From assembly GCA_963662315.1 (NCBI GenBank), contig OY759353.1:736001-800000 (forward strand): a stretch of DNA of 64,000 nt, given 5' to 3'. Numbering within the stretch: the stretch's first letter is position 1; each line of letters begins with the position of its first letter. Source of the DNA: Geopsychrobacteraceae bacterium. GTDB lineage: Bacteria > Desulfobacterota > Desulfuromonadia > Desulfuromonadales > Geopsychrobacteraceae. This document shows positions 1 through 11,068 of this stretch, piece by piece. The notes under the pieces are model-generated. The model was not told the DNA's origin. It saw only the letters and a program-made list of their open reading frames with translations, and searched no databases. The position numbers and the translations under genes are program-made.

Positions 1-3000
1 GCTTCGAATTCGTCAGAAGATGGGCGTGCAGCCAACCGTCGGGTGGTCGTTCAGCTTTGGTATGATGTGCCGGTTGACATTGCTGTCACTGAAGAAGTTT
101 TCATGCCGAAAAATGTATCTAGAGTAAAAATTTGCCGGACAGAGACGGTTTGTCAGTTTAAATATAACGAGGGACATATACGCCGATCGGTAGTTAAAAA
201 CCTGGTTAGGCCACTGCATTACGATATTGAAGATCTTGATGTTACACCTCAGTTCATTAAACAGGTCAGCCAGGCACGCAATAATCTCGGTCATAAGCAG
301 AATCTGGTAATTAAAATCATTGCCTATGGCGATAATCAATTGTTGCCCGCACGTGAACAACGTATTTATGGGGATCAGCTAACCTTTACCAAAGCCATTT
401 CGCGACGTGTTGCACGTGTCGTTGCAGACGCTATAGGCGATGAATCGATCCGTTTCATAAGCGAGGGAAGGGGAGGCCAGTCTCCTCTTGTTAGTAACGA
501 CACTTTGCATAGTCGTAGATTAAATCGTCGTGTAGATGTAGAATTCTGGTACGACGATCCTCTGCAGATTCTGCCAGATGAACCGCAAATCTGCCCCGGA
601 GAACCTGACTATGAAGTTAGGACACAAATCTATCAATCCGATCGCGGACCATCTCCAACCATCTTCTTTGATCACGGTAACCCGGTTATCAGTCAGAAGC
701 AGTTGGCTTTTATGCGCCAATTGTTGAGTGAGATTAAAGACAAGGTCAATCCTCGTTTACGTTTTGTCGGTTACAGTGCCAATCGTGTTTTGTCACGGCG
801 TAATGCTGCCATTTATGGAGATGACATTGGTTGGTCGACAGCGCGGGCCAGCAGGGTCCGCCTGATGGTAGCAGAACAACTGCAGTTGGCAAAAGAACAG
901 ACCGAAGTTGACGGCCAGGGATATCTTCAATCCGATGATGTCGTGTCTACCGGGTTTATTGAGGCTGATGATTCGCGCGTTGTAGTACAAGCCATCTATG
1001 ATGCTGTTATGCCTTCGAATGATCTGGATGGATTGTCGATAACGCCTTTCAAGCGGGAAGTCGCCATTAGCAACCCGTATGCTCTTAATACCATGCGAAT
1101 TACGGTTGACGGTGAACCCGTTGCTGATGTCAGTAAAAGCTCTGCTGATGTTCAACGTTGTACTGATGTTGCCTTAAGTAAGGCAAATGTCAATTTTAAG
1201 CATGATAGTTTATCGAATTCACCACGCCTTAATATCAACGCCTGGCCTCGGACAATTCGATATGCCGATCACCCAGAAACAGTCTTGGCAGAAAACCGTG
1301 TCACCTTTCAAATGTATACCAATTATCGGCCATTTATAGAACATGGGGAAGTCCGCATCTTCAAGGATACACAAGCTGAGTCCGACCAGCCTCTTGCGAT
1401 TATCCCTCTGGATGAAGACGGGCGCGGTGTGTGGAGTGCTAATTTTACGAGCTTCTCCGCGCCTGGAGAAGTCCTTAAATATCTTGTTCGTGTTTACGAT
1501 ACTGAGGGGCATTATGATGAATCGACCCCCCAGCCTTTATGGATTGTTGATCAGATTGGTGCTGACTCTATCCAGTCCGATCCAGAAACTGAACTATTGG
1601 TCGGGTATGGTGCCAGTCGTTTGGGTGTTCAAACTATCCCTATTCGTGGAGGTACGGTGTCGGTTAACGGCGAGAATATTCCTCCGGGTTATCACGTCTG
1701 GTTGGCAGGTTTTTCTGTTCCTGTTGATAATAATGGACGATTTGTAGCAGAAACCATCCTTCCCGAAGGGCTCCACACAGTCGAGGTTGCCGTATTGGAT
1801 GCTGAAGGCAACGGTGACCTTTATCTACGAGATCTTGAGCTTAAAGACTCCGATTGGTTCAGCGTCGGTATGGCTGATATTACTGCGTCTGCTAATAAAA
1901 CTAATGGGCCAGCGAAACTGCTTAATCCTGATAACCCGCGCTATAGCGAAGATTTCAGCCTGCAGGGGAGATTAGCCTTTTATTCGCATGGGAAATTTGA
2001 AAATGGCTGGAGTCTTACGGTGAGTGCTGATACCCGCGAGGGGCCTTTGGATGAAATCTTCTCCAATTTTCTGGAAAAAACCTCAGACGCTCAATTTCGC
2101 CGGATCGACCCAGATTATCACTATCCGACTCTGGGGGATGACAGTACAGTCGTCGAGATGGCTCCAACCCAAGGTAAGTTTTACACCCGTATCGAAAAGA
2201 ATGATACCTATGCGATGTGGGGCAATTTCAAACTTGTCTACAGTGATACTGATCTAGCACAGATTAACCGGCAATTGTACGGCGCAAATCTCCATCATCA
2301 AAGTCTTGGCGTAACGACTTTTGGAGAACCACGCTTATACATAGATGGCTTTGGTGCTGATCCTGGGACTGTTGCTGCTCGCGATGACTTCAGAGGGACA
2401 GGAGGATCGCTATTTTACCTCCAGCAACAGGATATCTTATCCGGCTCGGAAAGTTTGCACATCGAAATACGTGACAAGGATTCAGGTATCGTTCTGGCGA
2501 CCAAGTCCCTGACCGCTGATGTTGATTACGATATTGACTACCTGCAGGGGCGCATCCTGTTAACGGAAACACTACCCACGTCTGCTGCTGATAATTATAT
2601 CGTTTCGACAAATTCTTTAAGCGGTAACCCTGTTTACTTGGTGACCCGTTATGAATATACCCCAGGCTTTGATGAGCTGGACAGTATGGTGTCCGGTGGC
2701 CGCATACATTATTGGTTCAATGATCATGTCAAAATTGGTGCTACTGGAAGCTGGGGGGAGGAGGAAAGTGTGGACTCTTCTCTTGGTGCCGGAGATATCA
2801 CCTTGAGGGCGACCTCAGCCACCTGGGTGAAGCTGGAAGCTGCACAAACCAGCGGACCACCAGAAGGATCAACGATGTCTTACGACGGAGGTTACACCGC
2901 TGACCAGTTAAAGGCGCTGTCAGATGATGGTGTCAATGCCGGTGGTTACCGGTTGGAAGGCTCATTAGGTTTTACTGACCTGTTCTCTTCTATGCGCGGG

Positions 3001-4533
3001 CGTACAGTTTATTATTATCAACATCTGGATGCCGGATATTCTGCTCAGGGGAAATATACCGAAAATGATCTGGATCAGTACGGGGGCAGTATTAATTTAC
3101 CCTTAGGTCAGAAGTGGCATACCAATCTGAAAATTGATGTTGCCGATAATGAGTTAGGATTGGAAACCGATGCTGCTGAGTTGAATGTCGATTATGCGGT
3201 GAGTGAACGGTGGACCCTGTCATCCGGAGCTCGTTTTGATAAACGTACGGATCATTCTCTGGTGGTGCCTGAAACCCAGGAACAGGGCGAACGTACCGAC
3301 ATCGGTGTTAAACTGGCTTATGACTCGCAGGAGAACTGGTCAGCTTATGGTTTCGGGCAGGAAACCATAAGCAAATCCGGTAACCGCGATAATAATGGCC
3401 GTTTTGGCCTGGGTGGTAGCATTCGTTTGACTGAGCGTTTTAAGCTGTCTTCCGAAGTCTCAACGGGTGATCTTGGGGTTGGTGCAAGTCTGGGGACGGA
3501 GTTCCTGTATAGCGATCGAACGACTATTTACAACACTTATACTGTCGACAGTGAGCGTGATGGTGATGGTGTCCTTGAACGTAAGGGCAGTTTTACCTCC
3601 GGTTTCAATACACGCTACTCGGATAGTGTCAGTCTCTATGCTGAAGAACAATATCAACATGGTGATCGTCCGACAGGCCTTATCCACACTGCTGGTGTAA
3701 CGCTGACACCAAATGACAGGTTAAATTTTGGTGCCAGTGCTGATTATGGCATCTTGAAACATCCAGATACCGCTGCCGAGGTTGAACGTCGAGCTGTGGC
3801 TGTCAGTGGCGGATATGGATTTGAGCATCTGTCAGTATTTTCTGCTCTTGAATATCGCGTAGATAGTACTGAACAAAACGACTCCAGTTACAGCGAACGA
3901 ACCAGTTGGTTATTTAAAAACAGCTTTAAGTATCAGATAAACCCTTCCTGGCGGATTTTTGCCAAGTTCAATTATTCTACAAGTGAAAGTTCTCTCGGTA
4001 GTCGTTATGCCAGTGATTATACCGAAGCCGTGTTTGGCTATGCGTTTCGTCCGGTCAGTCATGACCGTTTGAATCTACTGTTTAAATACACCTATTTTTA
4101 TAATCTTCCTGGTCGTGACATAGCGGCAAGCGGTAGTGATACGGACTTCATTCAACGCAGTCATATCATAGCTATCGATGGCACTTATGACCTGACTGAA
4201 CGTTGGTCTGTCAGTGGTAAATACGCTTATCGGCTCGGACAGGTTTCACTTAATACCGATGATCCTGAATATTTTGATAGTTGCGCTTCGCTCTATATCG
4301 GACGACTTGATTGGCACTTTATTAAACGCTGGGATGCTATGGCTGAATTAAGAATGTTGGATCTGCCTGATGCAGGAGACACCCGTAGTGGTGCACTGAT
4401 TGCTTTTTACCGTCATTTCGGTGATCACCTCAAGGTTGGCGGAGGCTATAACTTTACCGATTTTTCAGACGATTTGACCCAGCTTGATTTTAAACATCAG
4501 GGCTTGTTTATCAATGTGATCGGAAAATTATAA
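1..4533 (+). CDS. Very large OmpA/MotB-domain repeat outer-membrane protein with probable C-terminal beta-barrel (5' end outside window)
   Basis: Frame is open from base 1 (ASNSSEDGRAANRRV, an OmpA-C motif). A second motif (SNDTLHSRRLNRRVDVEF) and a third degenerate OmpA-like segment follow. The C-terminal half has alternating beta-strand-like sequence. Confidence 0.75.
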   Translation, partial: ASNSSEDGRAANRRVVVQLWYDVPVDIAVTEEVFMPKNVSRVKICRTETVCQFKYNEGHIRRSVVKNLVRPLHYDIEDLDVTPQFIKQVSQARNNLGHKQNLVIKIIAYGDNQLLPAREQRIYGDQLTFTKAISRRVARVVADAIGDESIRFISEGRGGQSPLVSNDTLHSRRLNRRVDVEFWYDDPLQILPDEPQICPGEPDYEVRTQIYQSDRGPSPTIFFDHGNPVISQKQLAFMRQLLSEIKDKVNPRLRFVGYSANRVLSRRNAAIYGDDIGWSTARASRVRLMVAEQLQLAKEQTEVDGQGYLQSDDVVSTGFIEADDSRVVVQAIYDAVMPSNDLDGLSITPFKREVAISNPYALNTMRITVDGEPVADVSKSSADVQRCTDVALSKANVNFKHDSLSNSPRLNINAWPRTIRYADHPETVLAENRVTFQMYTNYRPFIEHGEVRIFKDTQAESDQPLAIIPLDEDGRGVWSANFTSFSAPGEVLKYLVRVYDTEGHYDESTPQPLWIVDQIGADSIQSDPETELLVGYGASRLGVQTIPIRGGTVSVNGENIPPGYHVWLAGFSVPVDNNGRFVAETILPEGLHTVEVAVLDAEGNGDLYLRDLELKDSDWFSVGMADITASANKTNGPAKLLNPDNPRYSEDFSLQGRLAFYSHGKFENGWSLTVSADTREGPLDEIFSNFLEKTSDAQFRRIDPDYHYPTLGDDSTVVEMAPTQGKFYTRIEKNDTYAMWGNFKLVYSDTDLAQINRQLYGANLHHQSLGVTTFGEPRLYIDGFGADPGTVAARDDFRGTGGSLFYLQQQDILSGSESLHIEIRDKDSGIVLATKSLTADVDYDIDYLQGRILLTETLPTSAADNYIVSTNSLSGNPVYLVTRYEYTPGFDELDSMVSGGRIHYWFNDHVKIGATGSWGEEESVDSSLGAGDITLRATSATWVKLEAAQTSGPPEGSTMSYDGGYTADQLKALSDDGVNAGGYRLEGSLGFTDLFSSMRGRTVYYYQHLDAGYSAQGKYTENDLDQYGGSINLPLGQKWHTNLKIDVADNELGLETDAAELNVDYAVSERWTLSSGARFDKRTDHSLVVPETQEQGERTDIGVKLAYDSQENWSAYGFGQETISKSGNRDNNGRFGLGGSIRLTERFKLSSEVSTGDLGVGASLGTEFLYSDRTTIYNTYTVDSERDGDGVLERKGSFTSGFNTRYSDSVSLYAEEQYQHGDRPTGLIHTAGVTLTPNDRLNFGASADYGILKHPDTAAEVERRAVAVSGGYGFEHLSVFSALEYRVDSTEQNDSSYSERTSWLFKNSFKYQINPSWRIFAKFNYSTSESSLGSRYASDYTEAVFGYAFRPVSHDRLNLLFKYTYFYNLPGRDIAASGSDTDFIQRSHIIAIDGTYDLTERWSVSGKYAYRLGQVSLNTDDPEYFDSCASLYIGRLDWHFIKRWDAMAELRMLDLPDAGDTRSGALIAFYRHFGDHLKVGGGYNFTDFSDDLTQLDFKHQGLFINVIGKL

Positions 4534-4585
4534 CCTTGATTGTAGCCTCATGGTGATCTCTTTTTTCTAGAGGATGGACAGATAA

Positions 4586-5104
4586 ATGAAATTTAGACTC
4601 ATTAAAATTTATATTTTTGCGGCTTTGGTATTGGTAGGGGTTCTTGCTTCTTATTGTCCTGCACAGCAAGAGGATCAGTTTAAAGGTCTTGATGAACAGA
4701 TTCAGGACATTAAGGTGGACGTTATAGATATCGCCGTCCAATTGAAAGACCTCGAAGAGCGTCTTCTCTTTCCATCAAGCTCACAAATTTCTGTTTTTCT
4801 TTCGATTCAGAAGGATGTTGAATTTCGTCTTGACTCCGTGAATGTGGACGTTGATGGCCTGGAGGCAGTTCGTCACCTCTATTCTTTTAAAGAGCTTGAT
4901 GCATTACGGCACGGAGGTGCCCAGCGTTTGTACACAGGCAATCTGACGACTGGGGTTCATGACTTTTCGGTATTGTATCGAGGGAAAGATATGTCTGGCG
5001 ACATGGTCGAGAAAAAAGCCAGTTTTTTACTGAAAAAAGGTGTTGGGCCAATATTTTATGAATTGGTTCTTTCCTCTGACGGAATCATTCTGGCTGACAG
5101 GTAA
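4586..5104 (+). CDS. Exported hypothetical protein of the TPR/TolQR cluster
   Basis: N-terminal signal peptide, RBS gagga, co-oriented within the operon. Confidence 0.7.
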   Translation: MKFRLIKIYIFAALVLVGVLASYCPAQQEDQFKGLDEQIQDIKVDVIDIAVQLKDLEERLLFPSSSQISVFLSIQKDVEFRLDSVNVDVDGLEAVRHLYSFKELDALRHGGAQRLYTGNLTTGVHDFSVLYRGKDMSGDMVEKKASFLLKKGVGPIFYELVLSSDGIILADR

Positions 5105-5110
5105 ATAGTT

Positions 5111-6994
5111 ATGAGGCGCATGGTCATTGTTTTTATTCTCGCATTAATAGCGTATCCCCCCCCGGTATATGCCGGTACGGATGAACTGACGGCTGATAAT
5201 CGGGATCTGTTTTTACGCAGTGCCTTTTACCGGGGAAATCAGCATGACTGGTTCGCAGCCATCGCGCAAATCGATTACGAGTTGGTTCAGCATTTTGAGC
5301 TGGATGATCCCTCCCTGGATAGCCTTTATCGGCATATTGACGATGCACAATTTGCTTTTGGTGATTTTGAGTTGTCATATGGGCTCAATAAGCAGGCGAG
5401 CCACGCACTAACGCGTCTGATCGACCATGCCACAAATTCTGCTCAGCGTGACGATGCACTGTATCGTTTAGCTAAATTACAATTCATTAAAGGTCAGTTC
5501 AGGGAGGCTGAAGGCAGTCTGTCGAGAATGACTTCAGAAGAAAGTGGGCTTTCTGGGCGTGCTGCCATGTTACAAGGGCAGATCGCTATGTCCCTTGGTA
5601 ACTATGATGATGCGGTGAATTATTTTGATAGCCTTGACCAGAGTAATCCTGAGTTTTTAGGTTTTGCTTCCTATAACCGGGGCATTGCTTTGCTTGGCGC
5701 GGGCCATTTTGATGCCGGTATCAGACAACTGATCTTAACCAGTCAGCTGAGCAGCGGCGATCCGCTATTGATGGTTGTTAGGGATAAGGCAAATCAGGTC
5801 CTCGGTGAATATGCCTTGGCTAATGGCGATTATGCTATGGCGAAAGATCACTTTTCACAGGTCCGTCTTGAAAGCCCCTATGCTAATCGTGCTCTTCTGG
5901 GCGCAGGATGGGCCAGCGTTAAACTTCAGGATTTTTCAGCAGCATTAGTTCCCTGGACTCGTTTGTCTGAACAACAACAGACGGATCAGTCTGTTCATGA
6001 GGCGTTACTTGCATTGCCTTATGCCTATGCCAAACTGGGAATCTATAGTACTGCTGCTAATAAGTATCGGCACGCTTTGGATGTGTATAGCATGCAAGTT
6101 GAGAGTTTACAGGCTTCAATTGCGAACATAAATAATGGAAAATTACTTGAGTTATTGGATCGCCCCGAGATTATACAGGACAAAAATTGGTTGGTACGCT
6201 TGCGCGATTGGCCGGATGCTCCTGAGACCTATTATCTTGTCGATTTGATGGCTGAACATTCATTTAACAGCGCTTTGCAGAATTATATTGATCTTAGTTC
6301 CTTACGCAGAAAGCTGGAGACGTGGCGGCTTGATGTCGAAGCATTCAAAGAACTTGTCGCCTTGCGTAAGGAATACTATGAACCGGTTCTGGATTTTGCA
6401 GACCAACAACTAAGCGCCCTTGTATCTCGTCTTAATTTACACCTTGAACAGTCCCAGGCTATTGATGACAGCCTACGTAAATTACTCGTTGTACCTGATC
6501 ATCGTTTGCTGGCTACGGCAGCGGAACGAATTGCTACTGAGCAGCTTTCGGCCATTCGTAAATTGTCGGATAGCGGACATTTAGACTTGCCCGCTAAAGA
6601 TTTTGCGCGCGTTGGACGTCTGGAAGGGGCTCTTTCTTATACTCAGAAAATTGAATTTCCTGAGCGACTGTCTCAAGCTTATGTGCATTTGCAGGATCTT
6701 AGAGCTTTGCTAATAAAGGTTCAACAACAATATGGCGCCTATCTGCGCTTTCGGCAGTCGGCAACGCTTAGCTACCTTCATTTCAGTGATCGTCTTGAAG
6801 AGCTGGATAGCAACATTTCGGAACAATTGAAACGCACCAATCAGGTGATGTTATTGCAAGGTTTACAACTTGAAAAGATGACCACTGCTGTTTTGGAACA
6901 GCGCCTTGAAAGACTCAGGCAGTTTCAAACCCGGGCGCGCTTTGCCATGGCAGACAGCTATGACCGTGCAGCACGAGAGCAAACCCAGGAGTAA
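5111..6994 (+). CDS. Exported TPR-repeat and coiled-coil protein
   Basis: Signal peptide, TPR-like helices (DALYRLAKL, ASYNRGIAL, RALLGAGW), coiled-coil C-terminal half. Confidence 0.75.
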   Translation: MRRMVIVFILALIAYPPPVYAGTDELTADNRDLFLRSAFYRGNQHDWFAAIAQIDYELVQHFELDDPSLDSLYRHIDDAQFAFGDFELSYGLNKQASHALTRLIDHATNSAQRDDALYRLAKLQFIKGQFREAEGSLSRMTSEESGLSGRAAMLQGQIAMSLGNYDDAVNYFDSLDQSNPEFLGFASYNRGIALLGAGHFDAGIRQLILTSQLSSGDPLLMVVRDKANQVLGEYALANGDYAMAKDHFSQVRLESPYANRALLGAGWASVKLQDFSAALVPWTRLSEQQQTDQSVHEALLALPYAYAKLGIYSTAANKYRHALDVYSMQVESLQASIANINNGKLLELLDRPEIIQDKNWLVRLRDWPDAPETYYLVDLMAEHSFNSALQNYIDLSSLRRKLETWRLDVEAFKELVALRKEYYEPVLDFADQQLSALVSRLNLHLEQSQAIDDSLRKLLVVPDHRLLATAAERIATEQLSAIRKLSDSGHLDLPAKDFARVGRLEGALSYTQKIEFPERLSQAYVHLQDLRALLIKVQQQYGAYLRFRQSATLSYLHFSDRLEELDSNISEQLKRTNQVMLLQGLQLEKMTTAVLEQRLERLRQFQTRARFAMADSYDRAAREQTQE

Positions 6995-6997
6995 CGG

Positions 6998-9985
6998 ATG
7001 AAGTTGTTAAAAATTATTATATTAAGCTTGTTTCTTCAAATGCTTAACTCATGTGTGGCAACCACTGATCGGTTGAATGGGGATGCCACAATCGCGGATC
7101 TGGAAAACAGTAAGGTCACTTTAACTCCTGAACCTATCGCGAACGGTCTTGAAAAAGCTATTGACGGTTATGAATCATTTCTCCGTGAATCGGATGAATC
7201 ACCGCTGGTACCAGAAGCTACCAGACGCCTGGCTGATTTAAAATTGGAACGAGAGTATGGCTATGTTGGCAGCAGCGACCAGCATCTCTCGGAAGCTATA
7301 GCAAGGGAACTACCAGGAGAAGACGCTGAGGAACCGATTAATGAACCTCTTACCAGCAGTCAGACGCTTTTGTTGGAAAATCAAGGCGCAAAGGAAGCTA
7401 TAAAATTATATCGAGACTTGCTGACTAAATATCCAGACTATAAACGTAAAGATGAAGTTCTTTATCAGATGTCCAGAGCCTATGAAGAAATGGGCGAGGT
7501 CGATCTTGCCATGGACATTATGAATGCTTTTGTTTTGGATTGTCAGGACTCGCGCTTTTTTGATGAGGTCCAGTTCAGACGTGCTGAATATTTATTTGTG
7601 CGGCGTAAGTACCTTGATGCTGAAGAGGCTTATCAGCAAGTTGTCAATCTTGGACCCTCATCCGCTTACTATCCTCGGGCGCTTTATAAATTGGGTTGGA
7701 CTTATTATAAGCAAGAACTGTATGAGGACGGATTAGACCGTTTTGTTGCGTTGCTTGATTATAATGTCAACAACGGCACCGATCTGTTTCAGGGCGAGAA
7801 TGAGCTGGAACGTAAGCGCATTGCCGATACTTTTCGCGTTATAAGTCTGAGCTTCTCATATTTAGGTGGGGCTGAACCTTTGGTGGACTACTTCCAGGCT
7901 CATGGGAACCGTTCCTATGAAAACAATATCTATCGCAACCTTGCTGAATACTTTTATGAAAAACGGCGCTACGCAGATGCCGTTGAAACATATGAAGCTT
8001 TCATAGCAGGGAATCCTTTTACCCAGGATGCACCGTTATTCCACATTCGGGTTATTGAAATTAACAGTGCAGGCGGCTTTCCTTCTCTGGTATTGGATGG
8101 GAAAAAAACGTTTGCTCACCGTTATGGAGTCAATGGTGAGTACTGGAAATATTTCGATATCAAAGCCAGCCCTCAGGTTGTTGCTTATTTGAAATCTGAT
8201 TTAAAAGATTTGTCTCAGCATTATCATGCGCTTTATCAGAATCCAAAGTTTAAGGAAGACCGGAAACTGAATCTGAATGAAGCGTTAAACTGGTATCACC
8301 AATTTTTAACGGCTTTTCCTCAAGACCTTGAATCTCCTGCAATAAACTATAGTCTTGCCGAATTATTGCTGGAAAATAAATCATATCATGAGGCCGCTGT
8401 CGAATACGAAGCAACAGCTTATAATTATGCTTTACATCCGAAAGCGTCACAGGCTGGTTATGCAGCTGTTTTTGCCTATCGTCAGCAGATTGCGCAGATC
8501 TCTGAGGATGAAAATATGGAGATTTTACAAAAGACTATCTCGTCGTCTATACGTTTTGCGCAGACATTCCCTGGGCATATAAAGGCCGCAGTTGTCTTAG
8601 GTGCCGCTGTTGATGATTTATACGCCATGAAAGAGTTTAACCGTTCTCTTGAGCAGGGGCGTGTGTTGATTGATAAGTTTTCTGACTGTGATGCGCAGGT
8701 AGTGCGTGGTGCCTGGCTGGTTGTTGCCCACTCTGCCTATGAGTTGGGTTTATATGAGGATGCAGAAAATGCTTATGCCACTGTATTGACTATGACTGCT
8801 GAAGAGGATAATACGCGCCCTGAATTGGTTGATAACCTGGCTGCGGCAATTTACCAGCAGGGCTCTGTTGCTCGTGACACTGGTGATTATGCGGCTGCCG
8901 CTACTCATTTCTTGCGCGTTGGTGAATTGGCCGCTACTTCAAAACTTAGGGCGACAGCTGATTATGACGCCGCTGCTTCACTTATTGAAATTGCTGACTG
9001 GAAAAAAGCTGCTGAAGTTCTCAGTTTTTTCAGAGCGAATTATCCAAACCATGTATTGCAGCCTGAAGTGACGAAAAAAATGGCCTATGTCTATCAACAG
9101 GATGGTCAGCCTCTGTTGGCCGGGCAGGAATATGAAAGAATTGAAAACGAATCAGATGATCCTGATGTGCGCAAAGAGGCTTTACTTGTTGCGGCAGAAC
9201 TGTATGAATCCATTCCCGATGATGACAAAAGCCTTGCTGTATACACCCGTTATCTGGACTCTTTCAGCGAACCATTTGATGTGTTGATTGAGATGCACCA
9301 CAAGGCGAGTGTTATCTATAAAAAGAAGGAACAGCTCGAAACTCACTATAATCATTTGCGTGCACTTATTGCCCTTGATGCAGAGCATAGTGACGTACGT
9401 ACTGAGCGTTCCCGGTTTCTGGCAGGAAATGCGGCATTGACTCTGACTGAACAAGATTATGTACGCTTTTGTGGCCTGCAGATTGTTGTTCCCGTCAAAG
9501 ACAACTTGCAACTCAAACAAAATAAAATGAGGGAATTGATTGGACAACTGGAAGGGCTGATGAACTATGAATTAGCTGATGTTTCTTCTGCTGCTACCTA
9601 TTATCTCGCTGAAACCTACCGTAATTTTTATACGTCGTTAGTAAAATCGCAAAGACCGACAGACCTTAATGACTTGGAACGGGAAGAATACGAACTGGCC
9701 CTGGAAGAGCAGGCATATCCATTTGAAGAGAAATCCATAGTGGTTCATCAGAGTAATATGGAGTTTATCGGTATGGGAGTGTTTAACCCTTGGGTTGAGA
9801 AAAGCCTTGGGGTGTTGATTGAATTGTTACCTGCTCGCTACGGTAAACGGGATCAGCACAGCGATGCTCTTGTAGATTTTGGAAGCTTTCGTTACGAGAC
9901 AGGGCAACGTCCAGACGGCAAGCTAAATATAACTGATTCTGAAGCAAAAGAAGGTTTAAAGGCTGAGGCTTCTGCTGTTCTTTAA
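6998..9985 (+). CDS. Large TPR lipoprotein (GltD-like)
   Basis: Lipobox-like LNSC and many TPRs (VLYQMSRAY, ALYKLGWTYYK); C-terminal LEEQAYPFEEK segment. Confidence 0.75.
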   Translation: MKLLKIIILSLFLQMLNSCVATTDRLNGDATIADLENSKVTLTPEPIANGLEKAIDGYESFLRESDESPLVPEATRRLADLKLEREYGYVGSSDQHLSEAIARELPGEDAEEPINEPLTSSQTLLLENQGAKEAIKLYRDLLTKYPDYKRKDEVLYQMSRAYEEMGEVDLAMDIMNAFVLDCQDSRFFDEVQFRRAEYLFVRRKYLDAEEAYQQVVNLGPSSAYYPRALYKLGWTYYKQELYEDGLDRFVALLDYNVNNGTDLFQGENELERKRIADTFRVISLSFSYLGGAEPLVDYFQAHGNRSYENNIYRNLAEYFYEKRRYADAVETYEAFIAGNPFTQDAPLFHIRVIEINSAGGFPSLVLDGKKTFAHRYGVNGEYWKYFDIKASPQVVAYLKSDLKDLSQHYHALYQNPKFKEDRKLNLNEALNWYHQFLTAFPQDLESPAINYSLAELLLENKSYHEAAVEYEATAYNYALHPKASQAGYAAVFAYRQQIAQISEDENMEILQKTISSSIRFAQTFPGHIKAAVVLGAAVDDLYAMKEFNRSLEQGRVLIDKFSDCDAQVVRGAWLVVAHSAYELGLYEDAENAYATVLTMTAEEDNTRPELVDNLAAAIYQQGSVARDTGDYAAAATHFLRVGELAATSKLRATADYDAAASLIEIADWKKAAEVLSFFRANYPNHVLQPEVTKKMAYVYQQDGQPLLAGQEYERIENESDDPDVRKEALLVAAELYESIPDDDKSLAVYTRYLDSFSEPFDVLIEMHHKASVIYKKKEQLETHYNHLRALIALDAEHSDVRTERSRFLAGNAALTLTEQDYVRFCGLQIVVPVKDNLQLKQNKMRELIGQLEGLMNYELADVSSAATYYLAETYRNFYTSLVKSQRPTDLNDLEREEYELALEEQAYPFEEKSIVVHQSNMEFIGMGVFNPWVEKSLGVLIELLPARYGKRDQHSDALVDFGSFRYETGQRPDGKLNITDSEAKEGLKAEASAVL

Positions 9986-10034
9986 GCCGTGTATAAAACG
10001 TAAGCAGTGACGGGTCTTTCAATTGAGGGGGAAA

Positions 10035-10718
10035 ATGAAAATTATTAGCGGACAGGTTTGCTTTCATATCCTGCTATGTTCACTTATTTTAGGTGGTTGT
10101 GCAGGATCTGTAACTGTCAAAAATCAAGTTCAGCAGGACGTTGGAACAGTAAACAATATTGAAGCTACGGCTGATACATTGTCGGTCGTTCATTTTGAGG
10201 ATCAGAGGGTTGGTTTTGAAATTCACGAACCCAGTGGCGAAATTGATCCTGGTACTCAGGCTAAATTTAATGAGGCGATTAACGCGCTAAGGAGTGATCA
10301 TTTCTCTGTTGCGATAGAACTGCTTCTGGATGTTATTGAAACCTATCCCAATTATGCCAACCCGCATATCAATATTGCCTTAGCTTATCGGCAGCTTGCA
10401 ATGGATCAAGAGGTTCAGGATCATTTGCTTACAGCTCTGGATCTGATTCCTAATCACCCTGTGGCAAGTAACGAATATGCTCTGCTGAAAAAGAGCCAAG
10501 GTGATTTTCAAGGTGCCAGGGATATCTTCGAACAGGCTCTTGTTGATTATCCGGAATTTATTCCCCTGCATCGAAATCTCGGAATCTTATGTGATGTCTA
10601 TTTTAATGATAATTCCTGTGCCCAGGAGCATTTTGAATACTGTCAAAATTTAACCGGGACTAATGATGAAGAGCTATCTATGTGGCTGACAGAAATAAAA
10701 CTCAGATCTCATGAATAA
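10035..10718 (+). CDS. TPR lipoprotein (GltE/AglT-like)
   Basis: Lipobox LGGC; TPR motifs ending HRNLGILCDVY. Confidence 0.75.
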   Translation: MKIISGQVCFHILLCSLILGGCAGSVTVKNQVQQDVGTVNNIEATADTLSVVHFEDQRVGFEIHEPSGEIDPGTQAKFNEAINALRSDHFSVAIELLLDVIETYPNYANPHINIALAYRQLAMDQEVQDHLLTALDLIPNHPVASNEYALLKKSQGDFQGARDIFEQALVDYPEFIPLHRNLGILCDVYFNDNSCAQEHFEYCQNLTGTNDEELSMWLTEIKLRSHE

Positions 10719-11067
10719 AGGAAACATAATGACGGGTTATTTTTTGGGGGAGGGGAAGCTCTGCTGTGTGGCGCTGTTGGGCATTGCGTTGTTGTGTCCT
10801 AATGTTTTATGGGCCGATGAAAATGTGACTGATGTAAAAGGAGGTCGGGAAACGCAAGTTAAAGAACTGTCTGGTATGTCTATCGTTGGTAATGATGAAG
10901 CTCCCAAGTCTCTCTATATTGTGCCTTGGAAAGGCTCAGAGCTCGGTTCTGAGGTCCACCTTGATCTAGCTTTTGATCATTCTTTAGCTCCAATTGACCG
11001 GGATGTGCTTAACCGGCAATTGCAATTTTTTAATCAGTGTAAAAATATTAACAACGGGAGGAAATAA
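10711..11067 (+). CDS. Small exported protein (GltF-like)
   Basis: Signal peptide and GNDEAPKSLYIVPWK motif; sits between the TPR genes and the TolQ-like gene. Confidence 0.6.
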   Translation: MNKGNIMTGYFLGEGKLCCVALLGIALLCPNVLWADENVTDVKGGRETQVKELSGMSIVGNDEAPKSLYIVPWKGSELGSEVHLDLAFDHSLAPIDRDVLNRQLQFFNQCKNINNGRK

Positions 11068-11068
11068 A

